Source: Candidatus Magasanikiibacteriota bacterium
Lineage (GTDB): Bacteria; Patescibacteriota; Patescibacteriia; Magasanikbacterales; UBA922
Length of the DNA: 64,000 bases
Reading direction: 5' to 3'
Assembly: GCA_021648085.1 (NCBI GenBank)
Contig: JAKITS010000001.1
Span: 324,948 to 388,947 of the forward strand
Part shown: positions 1-11,500 of the stretch, one piece after another
Numbering within the stretch: position 1 is the first letter of the stretch
Layout: the number at the start of each line of letters is the position of its first letter
Translations under genes and position numbers: made by a program
The notes under the pieces: model-generated
Told to the model about the DNA's origin: nothing
Seen by the model: the letters and a program-made list of their open reading frames with translations, nothing else
Databases searched by the model: none

Positions 1-1128
1 TGGTTTACTAAAAATAAAGGTCCTTTGTACTGCTTACGAATTTGCTTCCAGACCAAATCAATCAACCTACCTTTTTGAGCAGTGTTTTCATATTTTACAC
101 CAAGCTCATCTAATTTCTTTTTCAAATCATCTTCCGAAGAGGTTAAAATATCTATATCTAATTTTTCTTTAATTGCAGAAACATAATCAAGTCTTTTCCA
201 CTTCTCTCCAAGATCAATTTCACCAAATTCTTTTAGATTAAACTTTAAAGTTCCCCAAGTTTTTTTTGCAACAAACTTTATCATTCTTTCGGTCATTTCC
301 ATGTTATCTTCATAGTTTTTATACGCCCAATAAAATTCCATTTGGGTATAATCTTGAAGGTGTTCCCTACTTATTCCTTCATTTCTAAATTGGCGACCTA
401 TCTCAAAGGTCTTCTCAAAACCACCGACCATAAGTCTTTTTTGCCACAACTCCCCCATTGAAATACGCAAGAACACATCTATATCTAGTGCGTTGTGATG
501 AGTTGAAAATGGAGATGCCTCTGCTCCTCCAGTTGTGGTTTCTAATACTGGTGTCTCCACCTCCAAAAATCCTTCGTTTACTAAAAATTCACGAATTGCA
601 GACCAAAATGTGCTTTTTCTTCTGAAAAGCTCTTTTGATTCTTTATTCATTATCAAGTCTAAATATCTTTTTCTAAATTTTATTTCTTCATTTTGAAGTC
701 CATGAAACTTGTCTGGCAAAGGAAGGAGTGATTTTGAAAGCATTTTCCAATTACTAACCAAAAGTGATTTCTCTTCTGTTTTTGTAATAAAAAAATCACC
801 AGAAACTTCAATAATATCTCCAATGTCTACTTTTTTTACGAAAAGTTTATAATTTTCTTTCCCCAAGTTATCCTGCTTGAAAACCATTTGCATTCTTGCA
901 CTTTCGTCTTCAATTTGTATGAAAGTCAATTTACCGATTTCTCTTTTCATCATGATTCTACCTACACAAACAAATTTATCATCTTCTTTTCCTAATAATA
1001 CTTCTGAAAGTGTATTTGTTCTGTCTGTTTTTGCTGGATAAGAATTTATGTTTAATTCTTGTAAATCTTGTAATTTTTTAAGGCGAACTGAACGCTCGTC
1101 ATTTATATTTACTTCGTTTGTATTCATA
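1..1128 (-). CDS. lysS: lysyl-tRNA synthetase, class II (C-terminal part lies beyond window start)
   Basis: Minus-strand translation from ATG at 1126-1128 gives MNTNEVNINDERSVRLKKLQDL... and later FEIGRQFRNEGIS and ETPVLETTTGGAEASPF (class II LysRS motifs). The frame is open to the window edge. Confidence 0.85.
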
Positions 1129-1131
1129 TTT

Positions 1132-1593
1132 TTATTGAATATTCAAAATTTTATACTCTTGTGTTCCTGATGGTATTTGGACTTCCACAACATCTCCTTT
1201 TTTCTTTCCCAAAAATGCACTTCCAAGTGGAGATTCATTGGAAATTTTACCGTTTAACGGATCTGCTTCTTGTGGACCAGTGATGGTATATTCTTTTTCT
1301 TTACCCCGCACTTCCACAGTAATAGTTGAACCCAATCCAATAGAACTAGACCCACCTTTCGTAATTATTTCTGAATTGTCCAAAATACTAGTAATTTCTC
1401 TCGCTCTTGCCATAGTCCAGCCCATATCTTCTCTGGCTGCGTGGTATTCTGCATTTTCGGATAAATCTCCCATTTGACGAGCTTCATCTATTCTTTTTGC
1501 TATTTCAAGTTTTTTTGTTTTTGTTAAAAATTTAAGCTCTTCTTTTAGCTTATCGTATTTATCTTGGAACAGGTATTGTACTTTGTTGGACAT
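1132..1593 (-). CDS. greA: transcription elongation factor GreA
   Basis: ORF-track protein MSNKVQYLFQDKYDKLKEEL...DLSENAEYHAAREDMG is a canonical GreA. Start chosen at the internal MSNK (1593) rather than the upstream MRLYF. Confidence 0.9.
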   Translation of the reverse strand: MSNKVQYLFQDKYDKLKEELKFLTKTKKLEIAKRIDEARQMGDLSENAEYHAAREDMGWTMARAREITSILDNSEIITKGGSSSIGLGSTITVEVRGKEKEYTITGPQEADPLNGKISNESPLGSAFLGKKKGDVVEVQIPSGTQEYKILNIQ

Positions 1594-1696
1594 AATCTTC
1601 AGCATTATAAAATATAACCGCAATTTGCGGCTAGATTTATTATATCAGATAGTAAAACAGTGTCAACTTTAATATTAAAATAATAAATTTTTTATA

Positions 1697-1733
1697 AAAA
1701 AAGAGGGTGTGACAATTGAGCCACACCCTTTAT
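1697..1733 (-). terminator. Rho-independent terminator (GAGGGTGTG-loop-CACACCCTC plus T-run on minus strand)
   Basis: Perfect 9-bp GC-rich stem followed by a T-run when read on the minus strand, immediately after the stop of the 73-aa ORF. Confidence 0.6.
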
Positions 1734-1734
1734 A

Positions 1735-1956
1735 CTAAGAGGTTTTTTTCTTGTGTACATTCTTGAATAGATATTTCCCAATTTCATTTGGTGAAAGTCT
1801 ATTCTCTTCTACGGGTGCTATAATATTTATTTTATAAGTTATTTTTTCCGTAAAACTTACTAAAGATTTTCCTTCAAGTAAATTCCTAGCATTATTTTCT
1901 CCCAACGCAGCTAGAAGTCTTTCAAATTCTTCACGCGTCCAATTTGGATATCCCAT
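1735..1956 (-). CDS. hypothetical protein (73 aa)
   Basis: ORF with its own downstream terminator. No recognisable motif. Confidence 0.45.
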   Translation of the reverse strand: MGYPNWTREEFERLLAALGENNARNLLEGKSLVSFTEKITYKINIIAPVEENRLSPNEIGKYLFKNVHKKKTS

Positions 1957-2154
1957 TATTTACTCCTTAATAGACTAAATCTCTATATTTTATGGGTTTC
2001 TAATCAAGATTTCCTAATTTTCCAAACATTATAAAAATCAGATAAATAATAGTATTATTTTTATAAAAAGTCAAAGAAGAAGTGTTCCAAATGTTTTATT
2101 ACTTCGTTTATTCTAAATGGTGGAAAATTGAAGTCTGAAGTCCGAAAACTATCC

Positions 2155-4134
2155 TTAAAACCTATATTCATACCACCACTTATAAAAATCATAGGCTATT
2201 TCTGTGGAGATTCCACTTCCCTCTTCTCCTTCTTCTACTAAAACTGTGACCACAATTTCTGGATAATTGAATGGTGCAAAAGATGTAAACCATGCATGAT
2301 TGTCTTTGGTAGAACTCCATTGCGCTGTTCCTGTTTTCCCTGCCACAAGCAGTGGAAGTGCAGAAAGTCTTCTGCAAGAACCATAAACAACACACTCACG
2401 CATTCCAAGTTTTGCTGTTTGAATATGACTTGAATTTATAAAATTTTCATTCAAAATAACTGTCTCAATTTTTTCTTCTTCTTTTGTCTCGGGGTTTATT
2501 ATTTTTTGAGCAATTCTAGGTTGATAAAGTGTGCCACCGTTTGCAACCACAGAAGTCATACTTGCTATTTGAAGTGGTGTCACCGAAACATCACCCTGAC
2601 CAATTGATAAATTATAAGTATCACCAACATACCACCTTTCATTTTTTACCTCTTGTTTCCACTCTTTTGATGGTAAGAACCCTTTTGCTTCTCCTGGAAT
2701 ATCTATATTCAATCTTTCTGCGAAACCAAATTTTTTTAGATATTCTACAATTTTTGTAGCGCCAAGACCCTCAAAATCATTGTATCCTCCACCGATATAA
2801 TAATAAAAAGTGTTTACAGACCAAGCCAAAGATTTGCGAACATTTGTAATTCCATGACCACCATATTTCCAATCTCTAAAAACCCACGAGCCAACATTAA
2901 TTCCTCCTGTACTTAAAAATGATGTTCTATTTGTAATTAATCCTTCTTGAAGTGCTGTAAGAGCTACTGCCATTTTTATTGTAGATCCAGATGGGTAGGT
3001 TCCACTTATTACTCTGTTGAATAGTGGGTTGTTTTCATTTTCCAAATATTCTTGATATTTTTGCAGCTCAATTCCTCCAGAAAAATCATTGTTATTAAAA
3101 GTGGGTAAACTTACTAAAGCTAAAATTTCTCCATTTCTGGGATCCATTACAATTACGGCGGCCTTCTTTTTATCGCTATCTTCCAAATATTTAGTAGTTA
3201 TTTCTTCCAATTTATTTTGAATTTCCAAGTCTATACTAAGTTGTACATGATCTCCGTGAACAGGAGCTTTTTCAATGACTACATTTTGTTTTCTACCGAA
3301 AGCGTTTACCTCAATTTTTTGATAGCCATACTTACCTCGCAAAGCTTTCTCATAAGTTTTCTCAATTCCTGTTTTTCCTATTGTGTCTGTCGGTATATAT
3401 CCTTTTGGATACAATTCTTTTAATTCTTCTGGGTTAAGTTTTCCAGCATAACCCAAAATATGAGATAAAGATAAATATTTTTTTTCACCCTCCTCTTTCA
3501 TTAAATAAAGTCTTTTACTTCTTCTTTCTATATTTATTCCTGGCAAATCGCTGGTTTCAATTTCTATCAAAAGTGCTGTTTCATAATCTAAATCATCTAA
3601 AATATCTATTGATTCATAACTGTAAGCTCCATATTCTTTTATAATTTCACTTATATCATCTCTATTTTTTTGTATCAATCCTGCTAATCTACTAATTATT
3701 TTATCCAATTCTTCTGCTTTTCTAGGCAAATCTTGCGGTGTAATGGCGAGAGAGAATTTCAAAACATTTTTGGTTAGTTGCTGTCTGTTTCTATCATAAA
3801 TAATTCCACGCTCTGCTGGCACAGGAATTGTTCTCTGACTATTATTTTTTGCCAAAAGTGAATAGTCTCCACCATCAACTATTTGGATAAAAAACACCCT
3901 TCCAATTAAAATAAAAAATATTATAAAAATTAAAATTAGCAACACCTTCTTTTTTTTAAGAGAAAAACTACTTCCCATATAGTTTTTACTTCCAGGAATA
4001 GCTGGCTGACGACTCGTTTTGTTTTGAAAAGAAAAAGAATCCTCAATCCAAGAATTTTTATATTTTCCTTCTAAACTTAAGTAGGAGAACTTTGGGATAG
4101 ATATTCCAAAAATTGTATTCTTATTTTTACTCAT
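2155..4134 (-). CDS. mrdA: penicillin-binding protein 2 / peptidoglycan D,D-transpeptidase (PBP2 or FtsI class)
   Basis: Transpeptidase motifs STIK (SxxK), SWN-like and KTGTA. N-terminal TM segment. Start taken at MSKNKN (4134), overlapping the mreD stop by 4 nt. Sits in the mreBCD operon. Confidence 0.85.
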   Translation of the reverse strand: MSKNKNTIFGISIPKFSYLSLEGKYKNSWIEDSFSFQNKTSRQPAIPGSKNYMGSSFSLKKKKVLLILIFIIFFILIGRVFFIQIVDGGDYSLLAKNNSQRTIPVPAERGIIYDRNRQQLTKNVLKFSLAITPQDLPRKAEELDKIISRLAGLIQKNRDDISEIIKEYGAYSYESIDILDDLDYETALLIEIETSDLPGINIERRSKRLYLMKEEGEKKYLSLSHILGYAGKLNPEELKELYPKGYIPTDTIGKTGIEKTYEKALRGKYGYQKIEVNAFGRKQNVVIEKAPVHGDHVQLSIDLEIQNKLEEITTKYLEDSDKKKAAVIVMDPRNGEILALVSLPTFNNNDFSGGIELQKYQEYLENENNPLFNRVISGTYPSGSTIKMAVALTALQEGLITNRTSFLSTGGINVGSWVFRDWKYGGHGITNVRKSLAWSVNTFYYYIGGGYNDFEGLGATKIVEYLKKFGFAERLNIDIPGEAKGFLPSKEWKQEVKNERWYVGDTYNLSIGQGDVSVTPLQIASMTSVVANGGTLYQPRIAQKIINPETKEEEKIETVILNENFINSSHIQTAKLGMRECVVYGSCRRLSALPLLVAGKTGTAQWSSTKDNHAWFTSFAPFNYPEIVVTVLVEEGEEGSGISTEIAYDFYKWWYEYRF

Positions 4135-4661
4135 GAGTGTATCCTTGCAGAATTTAACTTTTTTGTAAATTTTGTTAAGAAAATAAATATTACACTTAAA
4201 AAAATAGTGGTCGAGAATATCTCCCAACTCATCAAACTAAAAAAGTCTTTTGAAATAAAACTAAAGTCTTCATTAAAAATAAGACTGTTTGTTATGATAA
4301 GTATAAAATATAATATTCTAAACAAGATTAAACTTAAAAATGTAAGTGCTAAAACACCATACCAAGATTTATTTGTAAAAATATTCAAGTAAAGATAAAA
4401 AATAATTAGCGAAGTCATTGTTCCGGAAAAAAGAGTAATTCCAAAAGGTAAGGCTGAATAAAAATCTAATAATAAAAATAATAAAAAAGCATACCAAACC
4501 ACCCACCCAGACTCATACCAAATTATCATCAATATCACCGTCGCGAAAACCAAATTTATTTGTGAAAATGGATATGGTAAAATAAGAAATATAAAAGAAT
4601 GGGCAAAAAAGACTAAAAAAATACTTACAAAAAATAAAATGAAATCAATAAGTTTTTTCAT
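4131..4661 (-). CDS. mreD: rod shape-determining protein MreD-like polytopic membrane protein
   Basis: Small multi-TM protein between mreC and PBP2, the usual mreD position. Confidence 0.6.
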   Translation of the reverse strand: MKKLIDFILFFVSIFLVFFAHSFIFLILPYPFSQINLVFATVILMIIWYESGWVVWYAFLLFLLLDFYSALPFGITLFSGTMTSLIIFYLYLNIFTNKSWYGVLALTFLSLILFRILYFILIITNSLIFNEDFSFISKDFFSLMSWEIFSTTIFLSVIFIFLTKFTKKLNSARIHS

Positions 4662-4663
4662 AC

Positions 4664-5452
4664 CTATTCTTCATTTACAAAAGTGATTACAGAAACCAAA
4701 AACAATTTATCTAAATCACTAAGCGGTTGTAGGATAGCTTTTTGAAATGGTTGGTAAGGTTCTTTTTCTACAGCCTCCACAGTTCCTATCAAAAGACCTC
4801 TTGGAATTCTTGCCTCAAGCCCAGATGTAATAACGGTGTCGCCGATGTGAATAGTTTCATTTTGAGGAATTAAATTCATATGTACACTAATTCCATAACC
4901 ACCTTCAACCAAACCCATACTTGTATCTTTGTTTGTAAGCGTTCCTGCGATTTTACTCTGATTGTCATTTATTAGACGCACTACAGAAGTCGTGTCTTCA
5001 GATTTTATAATTTTTCCCACCAAAACACCGCCAGAGGCAATTACTGGATTTCCTATCTCTATCCCGTCTTTTTTTCCTTTGTTTAAAATTATTGAACTAC
5101 TGAAAGGTTCAAAATCTTTTCCTATAACCTGTGCACCAATATAATTAAATTTCTTGTCAATAAAAAAATTCAATTGTTCGCGCAATTGTTCATTCTCTTC
5201 TTCCAAAAGTATTAATTTTGCTCTATCTATTTTAAGTTTATTTAATTCTGTTTGAAGGTCTGGACACACTAAATTTTTATTTTGCTGTTCGTCTATATTT
5301 AGGCTAAGTTTGTAAACCGATCCAACACCACCATTAAAAATATCTCTAACAAAATTTTCAATTGGGCTTACCCAACCAGAAAAATGAAGTAGAATTGTTA
5401 AAAAAATTACAAAAGAAACCGCAATTATGGTTTTCTTTTTAGTTTTTCTCAT
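4664..5452 (-). CDS. mreC: rod shape-determining protein MreC
   Basis: N-terminal TM, a coiled-coil segment (LKIDRAKLILLEEENEQLREQL), then a beta-rich C-terminal domain. Immediately downstream of mreB. Confidence 0.75.
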   Translation of the reverse strand: MRKTKKKTIIAVSFVIFLTILLHFSGWVSPIENFVRDIFNGGVGSVYKLSLNIDEQQNKNLVCPDLQTELNKLKIDRAKLILLEEENEQLREQLNFFIDKKFNYIGAQVIGKDFEPFSSSIILNKGKKDGIEIGNPVIASGGVLVGKIIKSEDTTSVVRLINDNQSKIAGTLTNKDTSMGLVEGGYGISVHMNLIPQNETIHIGDTVITSGLEARIPRGLLIGTVEAVEKEPYQPFQKAILQPLSDLDKLFLVSVITFVNEE

Positions 5453-5504
5453 ATTTTATAAATAAATATTCCTTCTTTTCAGCCTAATTCTTAAATCCTG
5501 TAAG

Positions 5505-6572
5505 TTATCTAATTCTTCTTTTTTTATCATCTCTTGCAGAAGGAAGGGCCACTTCTTTTAAAAGTTTGTCATCCTCCAAAAGTACGCCAATTCCCCTAAC
5601 CACAGCAGTAAGTGGGTCGTCTACAATTCTCACAGATATGTTTGTGGCACGGGAGATAACTTTATCCAAACCACGCAAAAGAGATCCACCACCTGAAAGC
5701 ATAATTCCTCTTTCATGTATATCTCCTGTCAATTCCGGCGGTGTCGTTTCCAAAGTTATTTTTATCTGTTCTATTATTCCACTTATAGATCTCTCTAAAG
5801 CTTCTCGTACATGTTCATCGTTTATCATTATTTCTTTTGGAAGGCCTGTCATCACATCTCGCCCTCTCATCGGAAACTCAATAGACTCTTCCAGATTAGA
5901 GGCAGATCCCACTTTTATTTTAATATGTTCAGAATGACTTTCTCCAACAAAAAGATTAAAAACTTCTCTTGCATACTGTGTGATATTTCTATTCATCTCA
6001 TCGCCTGCGATTTGTGTAGATTTCCAACTTACAATTCCACTAAGCGATATTATTGCAACATCCGTAGTTCCACCACCAATATCAACTATCATATTTCCTA
6101 TAGGCTCTTGAATAAGCATACGCGAACCAATTGCTGCTGCCATTGGTTCTTGCACCACAAAAACTTCTTTTGCACCAGAAGAGATTACAGCGTCTTCCAC
6201 GGCTTTCATTTCTACCTCTGTCGCCTCAAGTGGAATGCAAACTATAACTCTTGGCCTAGCCATTATAAAAAAACCATTCTCGTAAACTTTATCTATAAAA
6301 TAGCGTATCATCTTTTCCGCAACTTCATAATCTGAAATAATTCCATTTGAAAGTGGTTTTGTCACCACAATATGCGAAGGAGTTTTACCAAGCATTCTTT
6401 TTGCTTCGTCTCCTACTGCCAAGATTTGTTCCGTCCTTGTATTTATTGCAACTACAGAAGGTTCGTTTATTACAATTCCTTTGTCTTTTATATAAACCAA
6501 AGTATTGGCAGTTCCCAAATCTATGCCGATATCTCGTGGTTTAAATTTTCCAAAAAAAGACTTTAAAGACAC
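5505..6572 (-). CDS. mreB: actin-like rod shape-determining protein MreB
   Basis: IGIDLGTANTLVY phosphate-1 motif and DIGGGTTD phosphate-2 motif. 355 aa. Confidence 0.92.
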   Translation of the reverse strand: MSLKSFFGKFKPRDIGIDLGTANTLVYIKDKGIVINEPSVVAINTRTEQILAVGDEAKRMLGKTPSHIVVTKPLSNGIISDYEVAEKMIRYFIDKVYENGFFIMARPRVIVCIPLEATEVEMKAVEDAVISSGAKEVFVVQEPMAAAIGSRMLIQEPIGNMIVDIGGGTTDVAIISLSGIVSWKSTQIAGDEMNRNITQYAREVFNLFVGESHSEHIKIKVGSASNLEESIEFPMRGRDVMTGLPKEIMINDEHVREALERSISGIIEQIKITLETTPPELTGDIHERGIMLSGGGSLLRGLDKVISRATNISVRIVDDPLTAVVRGIGVLLEDDKLLKEVALPSARDDKKRRIR

Positions 6573-6581
6573 AATAAAAAA

Positions 6582-7835
6582 TTAATTAATTAAGTCCGAT
6601 AATTTATTAATAGGTAAGATATTAGTTTCTCCAGTTCTGCGATCTTTCACTTCAACACTACTATTTTCCAAAGTCTTTGGACTCAAAATAACTTGCGTTG
6701 AAATTCCCATTAAATCACTCTCTGCAAATTTCTGTCCCGCACTTATTTTTAATCTATCATCCAGCAAAACATCCATACCAAGTTCTTTTAGTTTTTGATA
6801 AATCCATATTGTTTCTTTTTCGTTTTTATCTGGACGAAGACTTATTAAATGCAAATCAAATGGAGTCACTTCTTTTGGCCAAATTATTCCTCTTTCATCG
6901 TTGTTCAATTCTACCAAAGTTCCCATAAGTCTAGATGGACTCATTCCAAAAGATCCCATATAAACTAATTCATTTTTTCCGTCTTCATTCGCAAACTTCA
7001 ATCCAAAAGCTTCGGAATATTTATAACCTAAACTATATATATCACCCACTTCGACAGATTTTTTTTCTACTAAATTATTTTTATCAAATTTTAAATCAAA
7101 ATCTGCTAACATTTCATTGTTAAAATCCTCTTTATTTATTGCAATATTTTTTTCTTCATCTATATAAATAATGTCCTCTCCTGCTTCAGAAAGTGTTTGA
7201 AATTCATAAGAATATTTGGAAAATGAACCGCCAGAAGAAATTGTAAGATAAGTTTTATCACCCATTCCAAGTCTTCCAAAAACTTTCATATAAACATCTT
7301 TCATTTTTTCATAAAATACATCGTGTTCTTCTTTATTTTTGGAAAAAGAATACATATCTTTCATTAAAAATTCTCTACCACGAATTAAACCAGACTTTGC
7401 TCTTGTCTCGTTTCTAAATTTTGTCTGAATTTGATAAGCATAAAAAGGAAGATTTTTGTAAGAAGTAATATAATTTTTCATTATATTTGTGATAGCTTCT
7501 TCGTGTGTAAAAGCAAGTCCAAGCTCTGTGTTATTTTTCAATTTTGTTTTAAACCAGTTATCAACGACACCATCACTCCAACGCCCTGATTTCTCCCAAG
7601 TTTCTTTGTTCTGCAGAGTACTCAAAAACACCTCTTGTCCTCCAGCTTCATCCATTTCTTCTCTAATAATATTATTTATTTTGTTTAAAACACGAAGTCC
7701 GAGTGGTAAAAAGTTATAAACACCAGACATTGTTTTATCTATAAAACCAGCCCGAATTAAAAGTTGTGCATTCTTACTAACCTCATCTTTTGGGTGTTCT
7801 TTCAAAGTTTTTGTAAAAAGTTTTGTCTGTCTCAT
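6582..7835 (-). CDS. proS: prolyl-tRNA synthetase, short form lacking an insertion/editing domain
   Basis: N-terminus QLLIRAGFI, class II motif FRNETRAKSGLIRGREFLMKDMYSF. Only 417 aa. Confidence 0.85.
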   Translation of the reverse strand: MRQTKLFTKTLKEHPKDEVSKNAQLLIRAGFIDKTMSGVYNFLPLGLRVLNKINNIIREEMDEAGGQEVFLSTLQNKETWEKSGRWSDGVVDNWFKTKLKNNTELGLAFTHEEAITNIMKNYITSYKNLPFYAYQIQTKFRNETRAKSGLIRGREFLMKDMYSFSKNKEEHDVFYEKMKDVYMKVFGRLGMGDKTYLTISSGGSFSKYSYEFQTLSEAGEDIIYIDEEKNIAINKEDFNNEMLADFDLKFDKNNLVEKKSVEVGDIYSLGYKYSEAFGLKFANEDGKNELVYMGSFGMSPSRLMGTLVELNNDERGIIWPKEVTPFDLHLISLRPDKNEKETIWIYQKLKELGMDVLLDDRLKISAGQKFAESDLMGISTQVILSPKTLENSSVEVKDRRTGETNILPINKLSDLIN

Positions 7836-8233
7836 AAAAAATTGTCAGCTCGCCTTGATTTTCTATAAGAAACTGCGAAGGCAAATAATAATATAAAAAT
7901 AAATAAAAGTAATATAAAATTCCAAAATGTTAATACTTTTTTTGCATTTAGGTAAAGTACCATAACTAAAGCGAAAGATACAACCACAGAACATGTAAAA
8001 CTACGCCTAACATGAATATACAAAGGGATTATCCTATTTGTAAGTTTTCTAGAGATAATAAAAAAAGGCATTGAAAAAGTACCTAAAAGCGCAAAGTAAA
8101 AACTTAGATAGAAAAAAAAGAAACCGAGCTTACTACCTTGAAATGGGTCTATATTTACAAGTACAAAACCCCAAGAAATCCAGCACAAAATTGCAGCAAA
8201 GCTCATTATAAATAGATATTGCCGTAAACTCAT
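7832..8233 (-). CDS. hypothetical membrane protein
   Basis: 133-aa ORF with 3-4 hydrophobic helices. Overlaps the proS start by 4 nt. Confidence 0.45.
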   Translation of the reverse strand: MSLRQYLFIMSFAAILCWISWGFVLVNIDPFQGSKLGFFFFYLSFYFALLGTFSMPFFIISRKLTNRIIPLYIHVRRSFTCSVVVSFALVMVLYLNAKKVLTFWNFILLLFIFILLFAFAVSYRKSRRADNFL

Positions 8234-8246
8234 AAATTTTCAACTC

Positions 8247-8546
8247 TTAAAGTAAATATCTTATTGCATCAATTTCATTCTTACCAACTTTTTTATTTAT
8301 CTCTTCCACGAGTTCTTTTTGGCGCAATCTTAACTCTTGTGCCATCACAGAGCTTGCACAAGAAACTGTCAAAGTTCTGTTTTTTAAAAATAATGGCCTT
8401 GTTAGTGTTACAGAATCCTTTCCAAAAAATTCTTTCATAATTTCTTCGGCAATTTCTATAATAGAAGAAGTCTCTATCTGTTTTTGTAGAGTTGTGTTTT
8501 GGTTAAATTTATTTTTTAGCTCTTGTCCAAGTGGTGTAAAACTCAT
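8247..8546 (-). CDS. hypothetical small protein (DUF721-like?)
   Basis: 99-aa ORF downstream of the helicase. Size and context are reminiscent of DUF721. Weak. Confidence 0.4.
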   Translation of the reverse strand: MSFTPLGQELKNKFNQNTTLQKQIETSSIIEIAEEIMKEFFGKDSVTLTRPLFLKNRTLTVSCASSVMAQELRLRQKELVEEINKKVGKNEIDAIRYLL

Positions 8547-8564
8547 AATTTATATAATTTCTAT

Positions 8565-11500
8565 TTATATCTTCCCACAAATTAAGTCATTTTCAAAATC
8601 CTCCAAGCCTTTTAGTGTTTTTTCATATTTACTAATATCTGGAAAATCTAAGTTTCTTATCTTTTTATCCACAGCAACAATTAGTTTTTTCAATCTTTCC
8701 ACATCTTCAGAAGTTATGTCATAAGGAAGGCAGTGAATTTCATCTAATTTTGTAGGATTCAGAAATTCCAAATACCCACGGTTTACAGTATATTTTGAAT
8801 AATCTCGTGAGAATTCTACCAAAAGTTTATAAAAAATAATCTGTCTTTTATAACCATGGAGTTGTACTTTTTTGTCTGGCAAACTTTCCTTCCAGCTCAA
8901 TTTATAACTTCCTGTTTTAAAATCATAAACCTCCATTTCTCTTGTTTCTTCATTTGGAACTATTTTATCAATTTTTCCTGTTATTTGTACATTTTCCACA
9001 AAAACTTGTTGCATTCGAAAATTTGTTTCTATCCAGCTTGTCGCAGAAATTCTATCTTGGTATTTATTCAAATATATTTTCCAAACCTCATTTCCCTTTT
9101 TTAAATACTTTTCAAAAATATTTTCTCTCATGTTTTCTCTTTCCAGGTGTCCTTTGAAGTATTTCTGAACTTCTTCAATATTCGGTTTAATTTCATTTTT
9201 AGAAATATGGTTATGTATACTCTCTACCGTCGCGTGCATTGCAACCCCATAAGAAAGAAAAGGGGTTTTTGAAGTTGGAAATCTCAGTAAGTTTTGTTCA
9301 AAAAACTCGTGCGGTCCGCCACGCATTACATTTAGAAAATTGTTCAGATGCGTGACACTTAAAATATATTTATCTAAAATTGGTTTTAATACAGATTTTT
9401 CATCCAAAGATAAAGGGCTAAACGACGGCAAACTTGTTTTTTCCAAAGAATTCACAGTATCCAAAATATTAGATTTTATTTCTTTTGCTTCAATTTTATA
9501 CTCCACACCTTCAAAAATAGAAGTTTCCAAAAATGGTACTCGGAGTGAATCTCTACCATTTGTCTTCTTTTTATAACTTGTCACATACAAATTACTTTTT
9601 GCGCGAGTAATTGCTACAAAAAATAAACGCAAATAATCATCTATTGTATCTCCCGCAGGATCAATCGATAAATTTTTTGGGAAAGCAATCATATCTCTGG
9701 ATTGTGATTTTGCCCAAACTTCATTTTGACAATTCAATACAAAAACTGTATCAAACTCCAACCCTTTTGCTTTGTGTGCTGTCAAAAGCGTGATAGCGCT
9801 TACTCCACCAATATATGGACTTGTGTCTGTTATCGCTAAATTGTGCATCTCGTATATATCCACACAGGAAACCAAATCAAAAAGTTTTGGGGCTGAAATA
9901 TCAGAAGTATACGATCGCACAGTGCTTACAAAAGTGTTCAAACTAGATAAAAATTGTATATATTCTGATGGATTTTTATTATATTTATCTTTGTGAAAAT
10001 AAAATCGACGAAATGAAGATGTAAATTTATTTTTAATTTCATCTGCTGGACCAATCAATTCATCTAACAAACTTCCCATTGGTTCTATGTGAGCTCGAGA
10101 AGCAAGATCCAAAAACCAATTTGCTATTTTTTGTAATTCTTTATTTTCACTTTCCAGCATTACATCTATCCACCTTCCTCTTGTGTCGGTCTTTTGTTTT
10201 TTGTATGCTTCAATTGAAAGTTTCCAAATAGTAGACCTATCCAAACCCCAAAATGGAAAAGATAAAATTGTCGACAAAAAATTCTGAGAATAATAAATAG
10301 AATCTTTTGCGAGAGAAGAGACAAGTCTAGCCATACAAATAATCTGATTTATATGAACTTCTTCCAACACATTTCTCTGACGCTCGTATTGAATTGGGAT
10401 TTGCTTTGCAAACAAAAATGGTGCAATTTCTTGAAGTTGTCTGTGATTTCTTGCAATCACAGAAATATTATCCAAACTCACCCCATTTTCAATTTTATAT
10501 TTTATTTCATTGGCAATATATTCGTATTCGTGAACAGCTGTATCAAAAGTATGTGCTGTAATTACACCTTCTTTTATATCTGGATTTGCAGATTCCAATT
10601 TTTTTTCAACCTCCTCCAACCTATCTACCAATCTATCATCCCCTTGAGAAATTACACGGTGTGCAAAATCTACAATTGCAGGAGTGGAGCGATAATTTTT
10701 TACCAAAGTTATCAATTTTGTTTCAGGATACTGCTCTCTAAATTGTAATATATTATTTATCTCTGCTCCTTGAAATTTATATATAGCCTGATCATCATCC
10801 CCAACAACCATTACATTCGGTTTACCTTCGTTTACTGGATTTTCTGTCAGCATATGAATAATTCTCATTTGTGCTTCGTTTGTGTCCTGAAACTCATCGA
10901 CAAGAATATATTGATATTTTTCTTGAAGTTCTGCCAAAAGCCCGGGTTTTTTTAATAAAACTCGAATCAAATCCAAAATCATATCATCAAAATCTACCAA
11001 CCCAATTTTTGCCATTGCTTTTTGATATTTTTCATAAACCAATCCCAAAGATATATTTCTATCCAATTGATATGCATCTTTTAAGCGCTTTTTTTTAGTT
11101 TCCTTATCTCTACCTATCCAATTATCCTTCCATTTTGTGATTGGTTTTGTACTATTTTCTTCTATTGCCTGCTCGTACGCATTCAAAAGTGAACGCAATA
11201 AAATATCTTTATAATCCAAAAGGCTAATATGTTCTATTGGCAATTTTGGTAAATCTATTTGTTTAATTTGAGAAATTAAAGTTGGTATTTGCTCTTTTAT
11301 TTTTTTGGAAACTCGTGGCTCAAAAAAAGGGATTAAAATTTCTTCTATTTTTGCAAAACAATCTCCATTTGATTTTACAATTTTTTGATATTCTTCTGGT
11401 GTAATTCCAGCTTTTTTCAATTTACTAATTTTATTTTTTATACTATTTAAATATACAAAAGTTCCATTACGCTTTGTACTAAATGAATCTGAAAATAATA

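Noticed and set aside
1238-1477. Plus-strand 79-aa ORF and many similar 60-130-aa ORFs antisense to annotated genes throughout the window
   Set aside because: They are antisense to well-supported genes (greA, atpA, copA, the helicase and others), lack an RBS, and have low-complexity translations typical of AT-rich antisense frames.
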